This document shows positions 30,834-40,702 of a DNA stretch of 64,000 nt, in pieces; within the stretch, counting starts at the first letter, position 1; each line of letters opens with the position of its first letter. Made by a program: the position numbers and the translations under genes. The stretch lies in NCBI GenBank assembly GCA_963662465.1, contig OY759599.1, positions 4,192,001-4,256,000 of the forward strand, read 5' to 3'. The notes beneath the pieces are model-generated. The model worked only from the letters and a program-made list of their open reading frames with translations. It was not told where the DNA came from and searched no databases. The stretch is from Desulfatiglandales bacterium. GTDB taxonomy: Bacteria; Desulfobacterota; DSM-4660; Desulfatiglandales; Desulfatiglandaceae.

Positions 30834-32486
30834 ATGCGCTTTTCAAAAAGCAACGACGTCCTGGGAACAACGAACCGAGGCAATCCAGCCGAGTCCAGTC
30901 TGTGTACCCTTTGCCGAGCCGACTGCCAGGGACGGTGTGAAACCTGGCTCTCCAGCCTGGTGGGAAGAAAACTGCTCTACCCCCGAAGCTTCGGCATCGT
31001 TACAGCCGGCGCCAACAACACCACCCATGTGGGCGTCTCCTATAACTCACTCCGAATTCAGGGATATGCTTACGGGGTCCAGGGGCTTGGGGAAAACATG
31101 ACCAACAACGCCGATGACTGTATTTTTCCCAATGTGAATCTGGAAACCGAGTTCGGCAATGAGGTCAAAACCAAGATTCGAATGCCCCTCATGACAGGGG
31201 CCTTAGGGTCAACCTTTGTGGCTGAAAAGTATTGGGATTCCTTTGCCATCGGCGGCGCACTCGTCGGCATTCCGGTGGTTATCGGCGAAAACGTGGTGGG
31301 TGTTGACCAGAAATCCAAGATCAACCCGGGTGAGACCCGAAAAGGCAAGATTGAAATTTCCCCCGAGCTGGACCGCCGCATCAATACCTATCTCAGGTAC
31401 TTTGACGGATACGGCGCCATCATTGTACAGCTTAACGTGGAAGACACCCGCAACGGCGTAGCGGAATACGTTGTCGATAAGTACGGTGAAAAATGCATTA
31501 TTGAATTGAAATGGGGCCAGGGCGCCAAGGATATCGGTGGCGAAATTCAGGTCACCAGCCTTGATTATGCCCTTTTCCTCAAGGAACGGGGTTATGTGGT
31601 GGATCCCGATCCCACCCTGCCCGAAGTGCAGGAAGCCTTTGAAAACGGTTCCATCAAATCATTTGCCCGACACAGCCGGCTTGGCGGCACAAACCTCGAT
31701 ACCGTGGCTCAGGTAAGAGAAGATTTCATGAGCAGCGTGGCGTATCTGCGAGGCCTGGGATTTAAACGGATTTCACTGAAGACGGGTTCCTACGGCATGG
31801 AAGAGCTGGCCATGGCCATCAAATTTGCCTCCGACGCCCATCTTGACCTGCTGACCATTGACGGTTCCGGCGGCGGAACGGGCATGAGCCCCTGGAACAT
31901 GATGCAGAGCTGGGGCGTGCCGTCCATTAACCTCCATGCCAAAGCAAACGAATATGCGAGCATGCTGGCCGCCAAGAGACAGAACGTCGTGGACATGTCC
32001 TTTGCCGGCGGATTCGCCCTTGAAGATCATATTTTCAAGGCACTGGCGCTGGGCGCTCCCTATACCAAACTGGTCTGCATGGGAAGGGGCATCATGATTC
32101 CCGGATTCGTGGGCGCCAACATTCAGGGCGCTCTCGAACCTGAAAAGCGGGCTGCCGTAAACGGACATTGGTCTGAATTGCCCAAATCCGTCCTGCAAGT
32201 GGGCAGCACCGCCAAGGAAATCTTTGCCGGATACTTTGACGTACAGAAGAAGGTGGGCAAAGATGAAATGAAAAATATTCCCTACGGTTCCATTGCCTTC
32301 TGTACCCTGGCGGACAAACTCGCCTGTGGGCTTCAGCAATTAATGGCCGGGGCCAGAAAATTTTCCCTTGATAAAATTGCCCGCGGCGACCTCATGAGCG
32401 GAAACCGGGAAACCGCAAAAGAAACCGGGATACCCCATGTGACGGATGTGAACGACGAAAGCGCCCGCAAAATCCTCAACAGTTAA
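30834..32486 (+). CDS. Stand-alone FMN-binding glutamate synthase family protein
   Basis: ELKWGQGAK, IDGSGGGTG, KALALGA, N-terminal Cys cluster; AAGGAG RBS. Confidence 0.9.
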   Translation: MRFSKSNDVLGTTNRGNPAESSLCTLCRADCQGRCETWLSSLVGRKLLYPRSFGIVTAGANNTTHVGVSYNSLRIQGYAYGVQGLGENMTNNADDCIFPNVNLETEFGNEVKTKIRMPLMTGALGSTFVAEKYWDSFAIGGALVGIPVVIGENVVGVDQKSKINPGETRKGKIEISPELDRRINTYLRYFDGYGAIIVQLNVEDTRNGVAEYVVDKYGEKCIIELKWGQGAKDIGGEIQVTSLDYALFLKERGYVVDPDPTLPEVQEAFENGSIKSFARHSRLGGTNLDTVAQVREDFMSSVAYLRGLGFKRISLKTGSYGMEELAMAIKFASDAHLDLLTIDGSGGGTGMSPWNMMQSWGVPSINLHAKANEYASMLAAKRQNVVDMSFAGGFALEDHIFKALALGAPYTKLVCMGRGIMIPGFVGANIQGALEPEKRAAVNGHWSELPKSVLQVGSTAKEIFAGYFDVQKKVGKDEMKNIPYGSIAFCTLADKLACGLQQLMAGARKFSLDKIARGDLMSGNRETAKETGIPHVTDVNDESARKILNS

Positions 32487-32527
32487 TTCCCCAGCATCTG
32501 TTGCGCGTCAGCGCAACGGCATCATCA

Positions 32528-32571
32528 AAAGGGCTTCAAACACTTTAACGGTCGTTTGAAGCCCTTTCTTT
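32528..32571. terminator. Bidirectional intrinsic terminator
   Basis: AAAGGGCTTCAAAC...GTTTGAAGCCCTTT between convergent genes. Confidence 0.8.
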
Positions 32572-32573
32572 AA

Positions 32574-33548
32574 TCAGGCTTTCCCTTGCATGACGGTTTG
32601 AAGGTAAGTGGTAAGGTTGACATTGCTGTTGGCAAGTTTAAGCTTTTGACGAATGTGTTCCCGATGCCGTTTAATGGTGGCGGCGGATACACCCCGCATC
32701 CGGGCAATTTCCTTGGTCTGTAGTCCATTTCGAATCAGGTTGCAGATGTTTACTTCCGTCGGCGTCAGAGACAAACAGTTTTCCGACAGATGGTTGACAA
32801 ACGGGGATACGATTTCCTCCAGGTTGGTCTTGAGCACCTCCACATACTTCCACTTGCTTTGGGGCAAATCCATGGCAAGGGCATGCAACAGGGGCATGAT
32901 AATCTTGTCGATATTGGTCTTCACATCCCGGTAAATCCCCTGCTTTTCCTCCTCGATTCTTGCCAGAACAGTGCGAAGGGCGGAATTAGCCTCTTTCAAT
33001 GCCTTTCGTTCCAGAATCAACTGCTGGTTGGTTTCCTGCAATTCAATTTCAGCTGAAATCCGCATGGCCGTGCTGCCGATACGTTCAGCCAAAGCATTCA
33101 GCAACGCTCTCTCTTCATGAAGAAAAGGACCTTCATCCGCTGGCGGACACGCTTCCTGATAGAAAATGGCCACCTCGCCCACCGGTTCATTGTACACGAA
33201 AATCTGAGCCGACTGGCGCCATCGGGTCACCTTGAATCCGCTGCCCTTGTAGGTTTTTCCTTTAAAAACAATCCTGGCGCAGGCAATTTCCGGATACTGC
33301 CATGAATAAGGGAGAAAATGCACCAGTTCCCCCAACAGATCTTCTATGGAATCCGGATGAAGTTCCGCCAGTTGTGCAATGCCGTACAGGCAGTTCAACT
33401 CCTTGATCCGTTCACGAAGGGCTCTCATGAGTTTTGACGGATCGGTTTCGTTGTTGAAGGGGATGCGCCATAAACGGAAGAGATCTCGGTTATCGTTCCG
33501 GATATCCTTGACGGCAGGCGGTGGTAAAAAAGAGGTTGATCGGGTCAT
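32574..33548 (-). CDS. LuxR-family transcriptional regulator (GAF-like N-terminus)
   Basis: ERIKELNCLY; C-terminal LTPTE...TKEIA...HREHIRQKL. Confidence 0.88.
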   Translation of the reverse strand: MTRSTSFLPPPAVKDIRNDNRDLFRLWRIPFNNETDPSKLMRALRERIKELNCLYGIAQLAELHPDSIEDLLGELVHFLPYSWQYPEIACARIVFKGKTYKGSGFKVTRWRQSAQIFVYNEPVGEVAIFYQEACPPADEGPFLHEERALLNALAERIGSTAMRISAEIELQETNQQLILERKALKEANSALRTVLARIEEEKQGIYRDVKTNIDKIIMPLLHALAMDLPQSKWKYVEVLKTNLEEIVSPFVNHLSENCLSLTPTEVNICNLIRNGLQTKEIARMRGVSAATIKRHREHIRQKLKLANSNVNLTTYLQTVMQGKA

Positions 33549-33720
33549 CGGTTTTCCCCTGATGTAGTCATAAATAGGTATTCAATAGGCATTCATTAGG
33601 TCCTGCTAGGACCCTGTTATTATGGGTATTAAGAGGGTATTTTTATTGTCTTTACGCAAAGCATCCTGACCGATACCCTGCGCCCTGTCAACTCAAAAAT
33701 ATCGATCAAGGGAGGTTTAT

Positions 33721-34221
33721 ATGTCGGAATCGAAGCTGACCGCTATCCTGGAGGGGCACAAAAGCCAACCCCATCAGCTCATCGAAGTGCTTCAGGATGT
33801 TCAATCCCAAGAGGGATACATTTCCGAATCGTCCATGCGGGACATATCCAAAGCCCTGGGTGTGCCCCTGACGGAAGTCTATGCCGCGGCGTCATTTTAC
33901 AAGGCCTTTTCATTGAAGCCCCGGGGCAAGAACATACTCACGGTATGCACGGGCACGGCGTGCCATGTGCGAGGCTCAAGAATGGTACTCAACCAGGCCA
34001 CGGGCCAACTGGGCGTCGCCCCCAATGAAATGACGCCGGACGGTCTCTTTACCATCGAACAGGTAAACTGCCTGGGCGCCTGCGCCTTGGGGCCGGTGGT
34101 AACGGAAAACGGTTCATCCTATCATCACATGAATGCCCGAAAAGTGCGAAAGCTCATCCATAAATTAAGCCATTCATCAGCGGAGGCGAATCTGCATGAA
34201 CAAGATCAACACCATCCATGA
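33721..34221 (+). CDS. NuoE/HydC-like 2Fe-2S subunit
   Basis: CTGTACHVRG, CLGACALGP. Confidence 0.92.
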   Translation: MSESKLTAILEGHKSQPHQLIEVLQDVQSQEGYISESSMRDISKALGVPLTEVYAAASFYKAFSLKPRGKNILTVCTGTACHVRGSRMVLNQATGQLGVAPNEMTPDGLFTIEQVNCLGACALGPVVTENGSSYHHMNARKVRKLIHKLSHSSAEANLHEQDQHHP

Positions 34222-36046
34222 TCTGGAAGTCCTTCGGCAAAAACTGCAAGCCTATCGGGAAAGTTTTCGAAAAACCCTGATTTTATGCGGCGGAACCGGC
34301 TGCCAGGCATCGCGATCCCGGGATCTCATTGACAATATTCAGGCGGAACTGGTGAAACAGGGCTTTGCAGCGGACATCCTGGTGCGCGCCACGGGATGTC
34401 ACGGTTTCTGCGAACAGGGCCCCATACTGGTGGTGGAACCCGAAAACACCTTTTATTGTCACGTATCTCCTGACGATGCCGAGGAAATCGTCCAAAGAAC
34501 GGTTGGCAAGGGCGAGCTGATCGATCGCCTGCTCTATACGGACCCGGTTTCCGGAAAAATAATTGAAAGAGAATCGGATATCCCCTTTTACCGGACCCAG
34601 GATCGACAGTTGCTGTCCCAGAACCGCCAGGTAGATCCCCGCAACATCGAAGACTACATTGCCATCGGCGGCTATTCAGCCATAAGCAACGCATTATCGA
34701 ATATTTCCCCGGAAAATGTGATCGAAGAAATCAAACGATCCGGGTTGCGGGGTCGCGGCGGCGCCGGCTTTCCCACCGGTCGCAAATGGGCGCAATGCAA
34801 TGAGGCCCCCGGCGATGAAAAATACGTTATCTGCAACGCCGATGAAGGAGACCCCGGCGCCTATATGGACCGCAGCGTACTGGAAGGGAATCCGCATCTG
34901 ATCCTCGAAGGCATGATGATCGGGGCCTGGGCCGTGGGCGCCTGGCAGGGCTATGTGTATGTGCGCAATGAATATCCCCTGGCCGTGAAACACATTCGGG
35001 TGGCCATTGAACAGGCCAGAGAAAGGGGAATCTTAGGCGAAAACATTTTCGGAACGTCGTTTACTTTTGACGTTGAAGTGGCCCGGGGGGGCGGCGCTTT
35101 TGTCTGCGGCGAATCAACGGCGCTGATGGCCTCCCTGGAAGGCAAGGTGGGCGAACCACATCCCAAGGACGTCCATTCCGTGGTAGACGGTCTGTGGCAC
35201 AAGCCCACGGTGTTGAACAATGTGGAAACCTGGGCCAATGTACCGTTTATCATGAAAAATGGGGCAAAGAGCTTCTCCTCAAAAGGATCTCAATCCAGCA
35301 AAGGCACCAAAATTCTGGCGCTGACCGGTCACATCAAAAACACGGGGTTGGTGGAAGTCCCCATGGGAACCACCCTGGAAAAGGTGGTGTTCGACATCGG
35401 CGGCGGACCCTCGGGCAAAGAGGTAAAAGCGGTTCAGACCGGAGGACCTTCAGGCGGATGCCTGCCCCTGGACAAGCTTTATCTGCCGCTGGATTTTGAC
35501 GCCCTGGCCGAGGCCGGTTCCATGGTGGGTTCCGGCGGCATCGTGGTCATGGACGAAGACACCTGCATGGTGGATGTGGCCAAATATTTCCTGACCTTTC
35601 TTCAGGATGAGTCCTGCGGCAAATGCGTACCCTGCCGCCTGGGGATCGATCGAATGCTGGAAATCATAACGGATATCACGGAAGGCCGCGGCAAACCGGA
35701 ACAAATAGACCTCCTGGAAGACCTGGCCTGGACCGTCAGCGAAACGTCTCTGTGCGCATTGGGCAAAACAGCGGCCAACCCCGTGCTAACCACATTGCGT
35801 TATTTCCGGGACGAATATGACACCCACATCCACGATAAAAAATGCCCCGCCGGGGTCTGCCAGGCCCTGATCACTTACTGGATCGACCCGGAAGTATGTA
35901 CGGGATGCGGCGTCTGCATTCGGGAATGCCCTCACGGCGCTGTGACAGGCGAAAAAAAACAGCCCCACCAAATTGACCTGGCCCTGTGCGAAAAATGCGG
36001 CATCTGTAAAAGCAGCTGCAAATTTGACGCGATTCAAGTTCGCTAA
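34196..36046 (+). CDS. NuoF/HydB-like NADH/FMN-binding subunit with 2x[4Fe-4S] C-domain
   Basis: GLRGRGGAGFPTG, CNADEGDPG, ESCGKCVPCR, CxxCxxCxxxCP. Confidence 0.93.
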   Translation: MNKINTIHDLEVLRQKLQAYRESFRKTLILCGGTGCQASRSRDLIDNIQAELVKQGFAADILVRATGCHGFCEQGPILVVEPENTFYCHVSPDDAEEIVQRTVGKGELIDRLLYTDPVSGKIIERESDIPFYRTQDRQLLSQNRQVDPRNIEDYIAIGGYSAISNALSNISPENVIEEIKRSGLRGRGGAGFPTGRKWAQCNEAPGDEKYVICNADEGDPGAYMDRSVLEGNPHLILEGMMIGAWAVGAWQGYVYVRNEYPLAVKHIRVAIEQARERGILGENIFGTSFTFDVEVARGGGAFVCGESTALMASLEGKVGEPHPKDVHSVVDGLWHKPTVLNNVETWANVPFIMKNGAKSFSSKGSQSSKGTKILALTGHIKNTGLVEVPMGTTLEKVVFDIGGGPSGKEVKAVQTGGPSGGCLPLDKLYLPLDFDALAEAGSMVGSGGIVVMDEDTCMVDVAKYFLTFLQDESCGKCVPCRLGIDRMLEIITDITEGRGKPEQIDLLEDLAWTVSETSLCALGKTAANPVLTTLRYFRDEYDTHIHDKKCPAGVCQALITYWIDPEVCTGCGVCIRECPHGAVTGEKKQPHQIDLALCEKCGICKSSCKFDAIQVR

Positions 36047-36058
36047 GAGAGGTGATCC

Positions 36059-36772
36059 ATGACGCAATACGTAAATATCGATATCAATGGGATGTCCATT
36101 GAGGCCCCCAAAGGAATAACCGTTCTGGATGCCGCCCTTGATGCGGGCATCTGCATTCCCCATCTGTGCCGCGTGCCGTATGTGGAGGATATCGGCGCCT
36201 GCCGCCTGTGCATCGTGGAACATGTGCTGAACGGTCGCTCGAAAATCACCACCTCCTGTACCCTTCGCGTAAAAGAAGGCATGGTGATCCGAAGCAACAC
36301 GGAAAAGATCATCAGACTGCGCCGAAACATTGCCGAACTACTGGTTGCGGAGGCCCCCAATTCCCGTGCGGTTCAGGACATTGCCAAGCGGTGCGGCGTC
36401 CGAGAGGTGCGGTATCCATTCCACAACAGCAACTGCATTTTATGCGGGCGCTGCGTTCGGGCCTGCCCGGGAACCTTGGGAATCAAACCCCTTACCTTTG
36501 TGGGACGAGGAAAGGAGCGCCGCGTTGAAGCCCCCTTTAACCTGAAAACCGAACTCTGCAATGAATGCGGCCGATGCATTGATCTTTGTCCCATGACCGT
36601 GGTTCCCTGTGATGGTCCCATGAAGACGGGAGAAGAATACCTTTGCCCCAATTGCGAATCCAAAATGGCATTCATTGAAGAAACGCCGGGACTTTGCGTA
36701 TGGTGTTATTTCGGAGAAGGATTTCAATGCCAGAATTATAATTTGGGAACCCGCGGCAGGGCAAGGGCTTAA
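36059..36772 (+). CDS. Short NuoG/HoxU-like Fe-S subunit without a catalytic domain
   Basis: IPHLC...GACRLC...SC; CILCGRCVRAC; CNECGRCIDLCP; extra C-terminal Cys residues. Confidence 0.88.
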   Translation: MTQYVNIDINGMSIEAPKGITVLDAALDAGICIPHLCRVPYVEDIGACRLCIVEHVLNGRSKITTSCTLRVKEGMVIRSNTEKIIRLRRNIAELLVAEAPNSRAVQDIAKRCGVREVRYPFHNSNCILCGRCVRACPGTLGIKPLTFVGRGKERRVEAPFNLKTELCNECGRCIDLCPMTVVPCDGPMKTGEEYLCPNCESKMAFIEETPGLCVWCYFGEGFQCQNYNLGTRGRARA

Positions 36773-36822
36773 GGCAACAGCCACAAAAAAGGCGACAAAC
36801 CGCGGTTTCAGACGGTGCAATC

Positions 36823-36864
36823 AAAAGGTCCCCGGATACCATAAAGGTCGTCCGAGGACCTTTT
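36823..36864. terminator. Bidirectional terminator
   Basis: AAAAGGTCC...GGACCTTTT. Confidence 0.7.
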
Positions 36865-36868
36865 GTTC

Positions 36869-38167
36869 TTATTTTATTTTAATCCAGAGGATTTTGGCTA
36901 CGCCCGGCCCAGGATTTTTCCATTGAGACGGCATCTCCGAAGTAAGGTAAATAACATCGCCGGAACGAACCGAATAGGCGCCCTTGCCCACTTTCAGTTG
37001 CAGTTTCCCCGACAGAACATATCCCATCTCTTCGCCCTTATGGACAAAAAAATGTGCCGGCAAAGTCTTTTTGGGTGGAATTTCGATCAGGTAGGGCTCA
37101 GCTTTTCCCTCGAAATCCACAGGCGCCAGCAGCTTGGCGGCAACACTGTCCACCGGGAATTCCGGGAAATGGACATCAACCGCCCCTTCACCGGGGAAGA
37201 CAACCGGACGTCCCGTATCCGCCGCATCCTGAAAAAATGAACTGATTTTCACCGACAGAACTTCCGCCATTTTGAGAAGCGCCGGCAAAGACGGGTAGAT
37301 AAGGTTGCTTTCCACCTGGCTGATGGTACTCGGGGTGACCCCCACCAGTTTGGCCAGTTCCGTCTGGGAAAGACCCCGTTTCGTACGGAGATCCTTGAGG
37401 CGCATGCCCAGATCAATTCGACCGGTAGTATATCTTTGGGTTTCAAAGCTTACGGTCAAATCCTTCACCCAATACCGGTGTGGTTTGTTCTGATGGTCCA
37501 AACGCCGCTTCTCAGCTTTCAGAATGGTCAGAGAAGTTGTCCCCCGCTTAACGGAAAGGTCGATGGCCACCTGGGCAATCTGATTTATTTGCGCCCTGAG
37601 ACGGGGAGAATGGGCTCTTTTTTCCATAATCCAGTAAGCAATGGTATTGAGTTCGTACAATCGCGGGCAGGAGTGGGAATAAAACCGAATGATATGTTCT
37701 TCACCGCCCCACAATTCCTGCATGCCGGTGAGGCTTTCAAAAACAAACCGAACATCCCCCTTAAGAGAACCATGGACGCCATAGAATGAATCGGTCACCT
37801 TGTTGACTTTCCAGGGTTCATTCACACAAATAATCCGGCATGGCCGCTCGGACGCACTTTCGTCATAAAAATTTAAAAACACCTCCGAACCGGCGCCTTT
37901 GCCATAGGTAAAACAATCCAGGATGGTCATGTACGGACTTTCAGCCAAAGGACCCAGTTTTTCCAGAAGGTTTCGGGGAGACCGGTCGAAACTCACGTAA
38001 ATCAAGGGTTTTTCCTGGGAGGTGGACATCTGAATGAAATTTAAACAAAACACGGAAGCCAGGCTTCCGGCGTCATCATGCCAAACCACATTGTCGCCGA
38101 TGAAAAGCCCTCCCAAAAGCCGATCCAGCTGGCTAACCCCCGATGCAACCCTCAATTTACCCGTCAT
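36869..38167 (-). CDS. KaiC/RecA-like domain fused to XRE HTH and cupin, regulator
   Basis: SGVSQLDRLLGG; LSQTELA...ISQVE; HKGEEMGYVLSG. Confidence 0.85.
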   Translation of the reverse strand: MTGKLRVASGVSQLDRLLGGLFIGDNVVWHDDAGSLASVFCLNFIQMSTSQEKPLIYVSFDRSPRNLLEKLGPLAESPYMTILDCFTYGKGAGSEVFLNFYDESASERPCRIICVNEPWKVNKVTDSFYGVHGSLKGDVRFVFESLTGMQELWGGEEHIIRFYSHSCPRLYELNTIAYWIMEKRAHSPRLRAQINQIAQVAIDLSVKRGTTSLTILKAEKRRLDHQNKPHRYWVKDLTVSFETQRYTTGRIDLGMRLKDLRTKRGLSQTELAKLVGVTPSTISQVESNLIYPSLPALLKMAEVLSVKISSFFQDAADTGRPVVFPGEGAVDVHFPEFPVDSVAAKLLAPVDFEGKAEPYLIEIPPKKTLPAHFFVHKGEEMGYVLSGKLQLKVGKGAYSVRSGDVIYLTSEMPSQWKNPGPGVAKILWIKIK

Positions 38168-38349
38168 TGTTCCCTGAGCCTCGTTAGTTCCGCCGCGAAA
38201 AAATCCCATCAAAGAGTTGACACTACGCAAGTTCTTGGCATATGTCAATAATCAGGATTGGAACACGGAAAGCGAGCATTGCCTTTTCCAGCAATGACTG
38301 CTATATCAGGAAGCAAAAAAGAGAAGGAAAAATACGGAGACTTTTTCTC

Positions 38350-39189
38350 ATGCTGAATTTTCAAAAGTTGGCCATTGAGCATTTCGTAAAAGAACTCAGG
38401 AAAGCCTATCATCGAAACTACAGCGATTTAGAACCCCGGTTTGGAAACTTGATTGCCTGGTCGGGCCGACTCGCCCTCGAAAACATCGCCAATTCCGATG
38501 CCCTCTACCATGATCTCTACCACACGGTAATGGTAACGCTGGCCGGCCAGGCCATCCTGGAAGGCAAACACCTCTGTGAAGGGGGCATCACGCCCAGGGA
38601 CTGGCTTCATTCCATGATCGCCCTTCTCTGTCACGATATCGGATATGTAAAGGGCGTATGCAGAAACGACACTGCCGTTCGATTCGCAACCGGCGTAGGA
38701 GATGAAACCGTCGAAATTCCGGAGGGCGGAACGGATGTCGCCCTCACGCCCTATCATGTTGACCGCGGTCAACTCTTTGTTCGCGAACGCTTTGGCGGCA
38801 AACTGATTGACGGTTTGGAGCGGGTGATCGATGCTGAAATCATTGCTTCACATATCGAAATGACGCGATTTCCCGTGCCGGATGATGACCGGCATCGAGA
38901 TACCAAAGACTATGGCGGGCTTGTTCGAGCAGCGGATTTCATCGGCCAACTGGGAGACCCCGATTACCTGAGAAAGACACCCTCTCTATACTATGAGTTT
39001 GCCGAGATCGGGGTCAATGAGCAGCTGGGTTACAAAAAGCCCGGGGATTTGCGAAAAAATTATGCGGGATTCTATTGGCATGTGGTCAGTCCCCTCATCC
39101 AGGACGCTTTGCGATACCTGCGTTTGACGCAAGACGGCAAGCAGTGGATCTCCACCCTTTATGCCCATGTGTTCACATCCGAACACTGA
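38350..39189 (+). CDS. HD-domain metal-dependent phosphohydrolase
   Basis: YHDLYHT, LCHDIGY, HVDR, RAADFIGQ. Confidence 0.85.
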   Translation: MLNFQKLAIEHFVKELRKAYHRNYSDLEPRFGNLIAWSGRLALENIANSDALYHDLYHTVMVTLAGQAILEGKHLCEGGITPRDWLHSMIALLCHDIGYVKGVCRNDTAVRFATGVGDETVEIPEGGTDVALTPYHVDRGQLFVRERFGGKLIDGLERVIDAEIIASHIEMTRFPVPDDDRHRDTKDYGGLVRAADFIGQLGDPDYLRKTPSLYYEFAEIGVNEQLGYKKPGDLRKNYAGFYWHVVSPLIQDALRYLRLTQDGKQWISTLYAHVFTSEH

Positions 39190-39201
39190 AGGGTAAAGCC
39201 C

Positions 39202-40131
39202 TTAACCCGCCGCCTTTAAGGGTTTCATATTGACAACGTAAATCCCCAGGCTCACAAGGATTAGTGAAACCACCAACTTCCATGTCAATGGCTCATGAAG
39301 AAAAGCCACACAGGAAATTGTAGCGAATACCGGTGTCAAAAAGGTGAAGGCACTCAGCCTGCTGACGGGATACTCATGCACCAGATAAAACCAGAGAAGA
39401 TAGCTCACAAAAGCCACAACAATCCCTTGAAACACAATCGATAAAACAATCACGCCATCCAGATGGGCAATGGGCGTTTCATTTAAAAAGGCGCTGATCA
39501 TAAAGAGGATCGGAATGGAAAAGAGCGTCTGATAAAAAAGCGTATGATAAAAAGAAACCACCCCCACCAGCCGCCTTTTAATGTAAATGGTGGTCAACGC
39601 CCACAAGGCCGCGGCCGCAAATGCAAGAAGATCGCCCACAAAGCCCATCCAGGACGGCATACCAAGGTGTTTGCTCAACAGAACAATGATGCCGATAAAA
39701 GCCAGAAAGAGGCCGGTCGTCTTATAAACCGTAAGCCGGTCGCCCTCGAGGAAAAAATGCGCCCCCAGGGCGTGGAAAAAAGGCGTTGCGTACAGCAGTA
39801 TCCATGCGGAAGAGGCCGTGGTGTACAGCAATGAAGCATATAGACACGCGAATTCCGTTCCGAAAAGGAGTCCCACCACAAGGCCATCCAGGAGATTCGA
39901 TGGAAAAAGGGGGATTTTTTTCACCTTCATCCAGACCGCCAGTGCCACAACGGCAATCACGGAACGAAGGCCCGCGGAAAACACGGGGGCAATGCCCGCA
40001 TTGCTCACCTTGATGGCCACGGCATTGAAACCCCACAGCATGCACAGGCCCGTCAGGATAGAAATAGCCTTTAGATCAAGGGTTTCCCTTACGGAAGGCA
40101 AATTCACGAGAGTCCTACTCCCACCGCCCAT
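39202..40131 (-). CDS. DMT/EamA family transporter (start uncertain)
   Basis: About 10 TM segments, duplicated EamA halves, FTFLTPVF...HEPL. Confidence 0.9.
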   Translation of the reverse strand: MGGGSRTLVNLPSVRETLDLKAISILTGLCMLWGFNAVAIKVSNAGIAPVFSAGLRSVIAVVALAVWMKVKKIPLFPSNLLDGLVVGLLFGTEFACLYASLLYTTASSAWILLYATPFFHALGAHFFLEGDRLTVYKTTGLFLAFIGIIVLLSKHLGMPSWMGFVGDLLAFAAAALWALTTIYIKRRLVGVVSFYHTLFYQTLFSIPILFMISAFLNETPIAHLDGVIVLSIVFQGIVVAFVSYLLWFYLVHEYPVSRLSAFTFLTPVFATISCVAFLHEPLTWKLVVSLILVSLGIYVVNMKPLKAAG

Positions 40132-40507
40132 TGCCTCTTCGCCTCAAATCCGTGTAGCCCACCCTCCCCTGTTCATTGATAAACGAATTCAGCAGCCAGC
40201 TCACCAGGCTGATAATGAGACCGCCGAAAACCGCCGACCAGAATCCATGCACCACAAACCCGGAGATGACGCCTGACGCCATCTTAAGCAAAACCGCATT
40301 GATGATGAATGTAAAAAAACCCAGCGTCAGGATATTGATGGGAAGGGTTAAAATCAACAAAATCGGGCGAAAAAAAACATTTAGCACCCCCAAAATGGCG
40401 GCCGCGAAAAAAGCGCTGAAAAAACCGTTAACCTCGATACCGCCAATAAGATAGGAGGCAATAATTATCGCCGCGGTGAGAACCAGCCACCTGACCAGAA
40501 GTCCCAT
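40115..40507 (-). CDS. 4-TM YvlD/phage-holin-4 family membrane protein
   Basis: RPILLILTLPINILTLGFF...GFWSAVFGG. Confidence 0.88.
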   Translation of the reverse strand: MGLLVRWLVLTAAIIIASYLIGGIEVNGFFSAFFAAAILGVLNVFFRPILLILTLPINILTLGFFTFIINAVLLKMASGVISGFVVHGFWSAVFGGLIISLVSWLLNSFINEQGRVGYTDLRRRGNGRWE

Positions 40508-40702
40508 GTGTCGTTCACTCCTCAAATCTGAGTTTTTTATTTATAAATGCCTTTCCCACCCGAAGCCGATGATGGGCACGATTTTTTTCAAATGGCCTTT
40601 GACATTCGAACCTGATATAATCTTCTAACAGAATACGTTAAGGACCATCAATGAAATAATGATGTCGGACCTGCTTCAAAACAACCTTTCGGAGAACAAA
40701 AC

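Noticed and set aside
40115..40507. Holin-family gene as part of the prophage relic
   Set aside because: It lies among housekeeping genes on the other side of selC; this family is commonly chromosomal.
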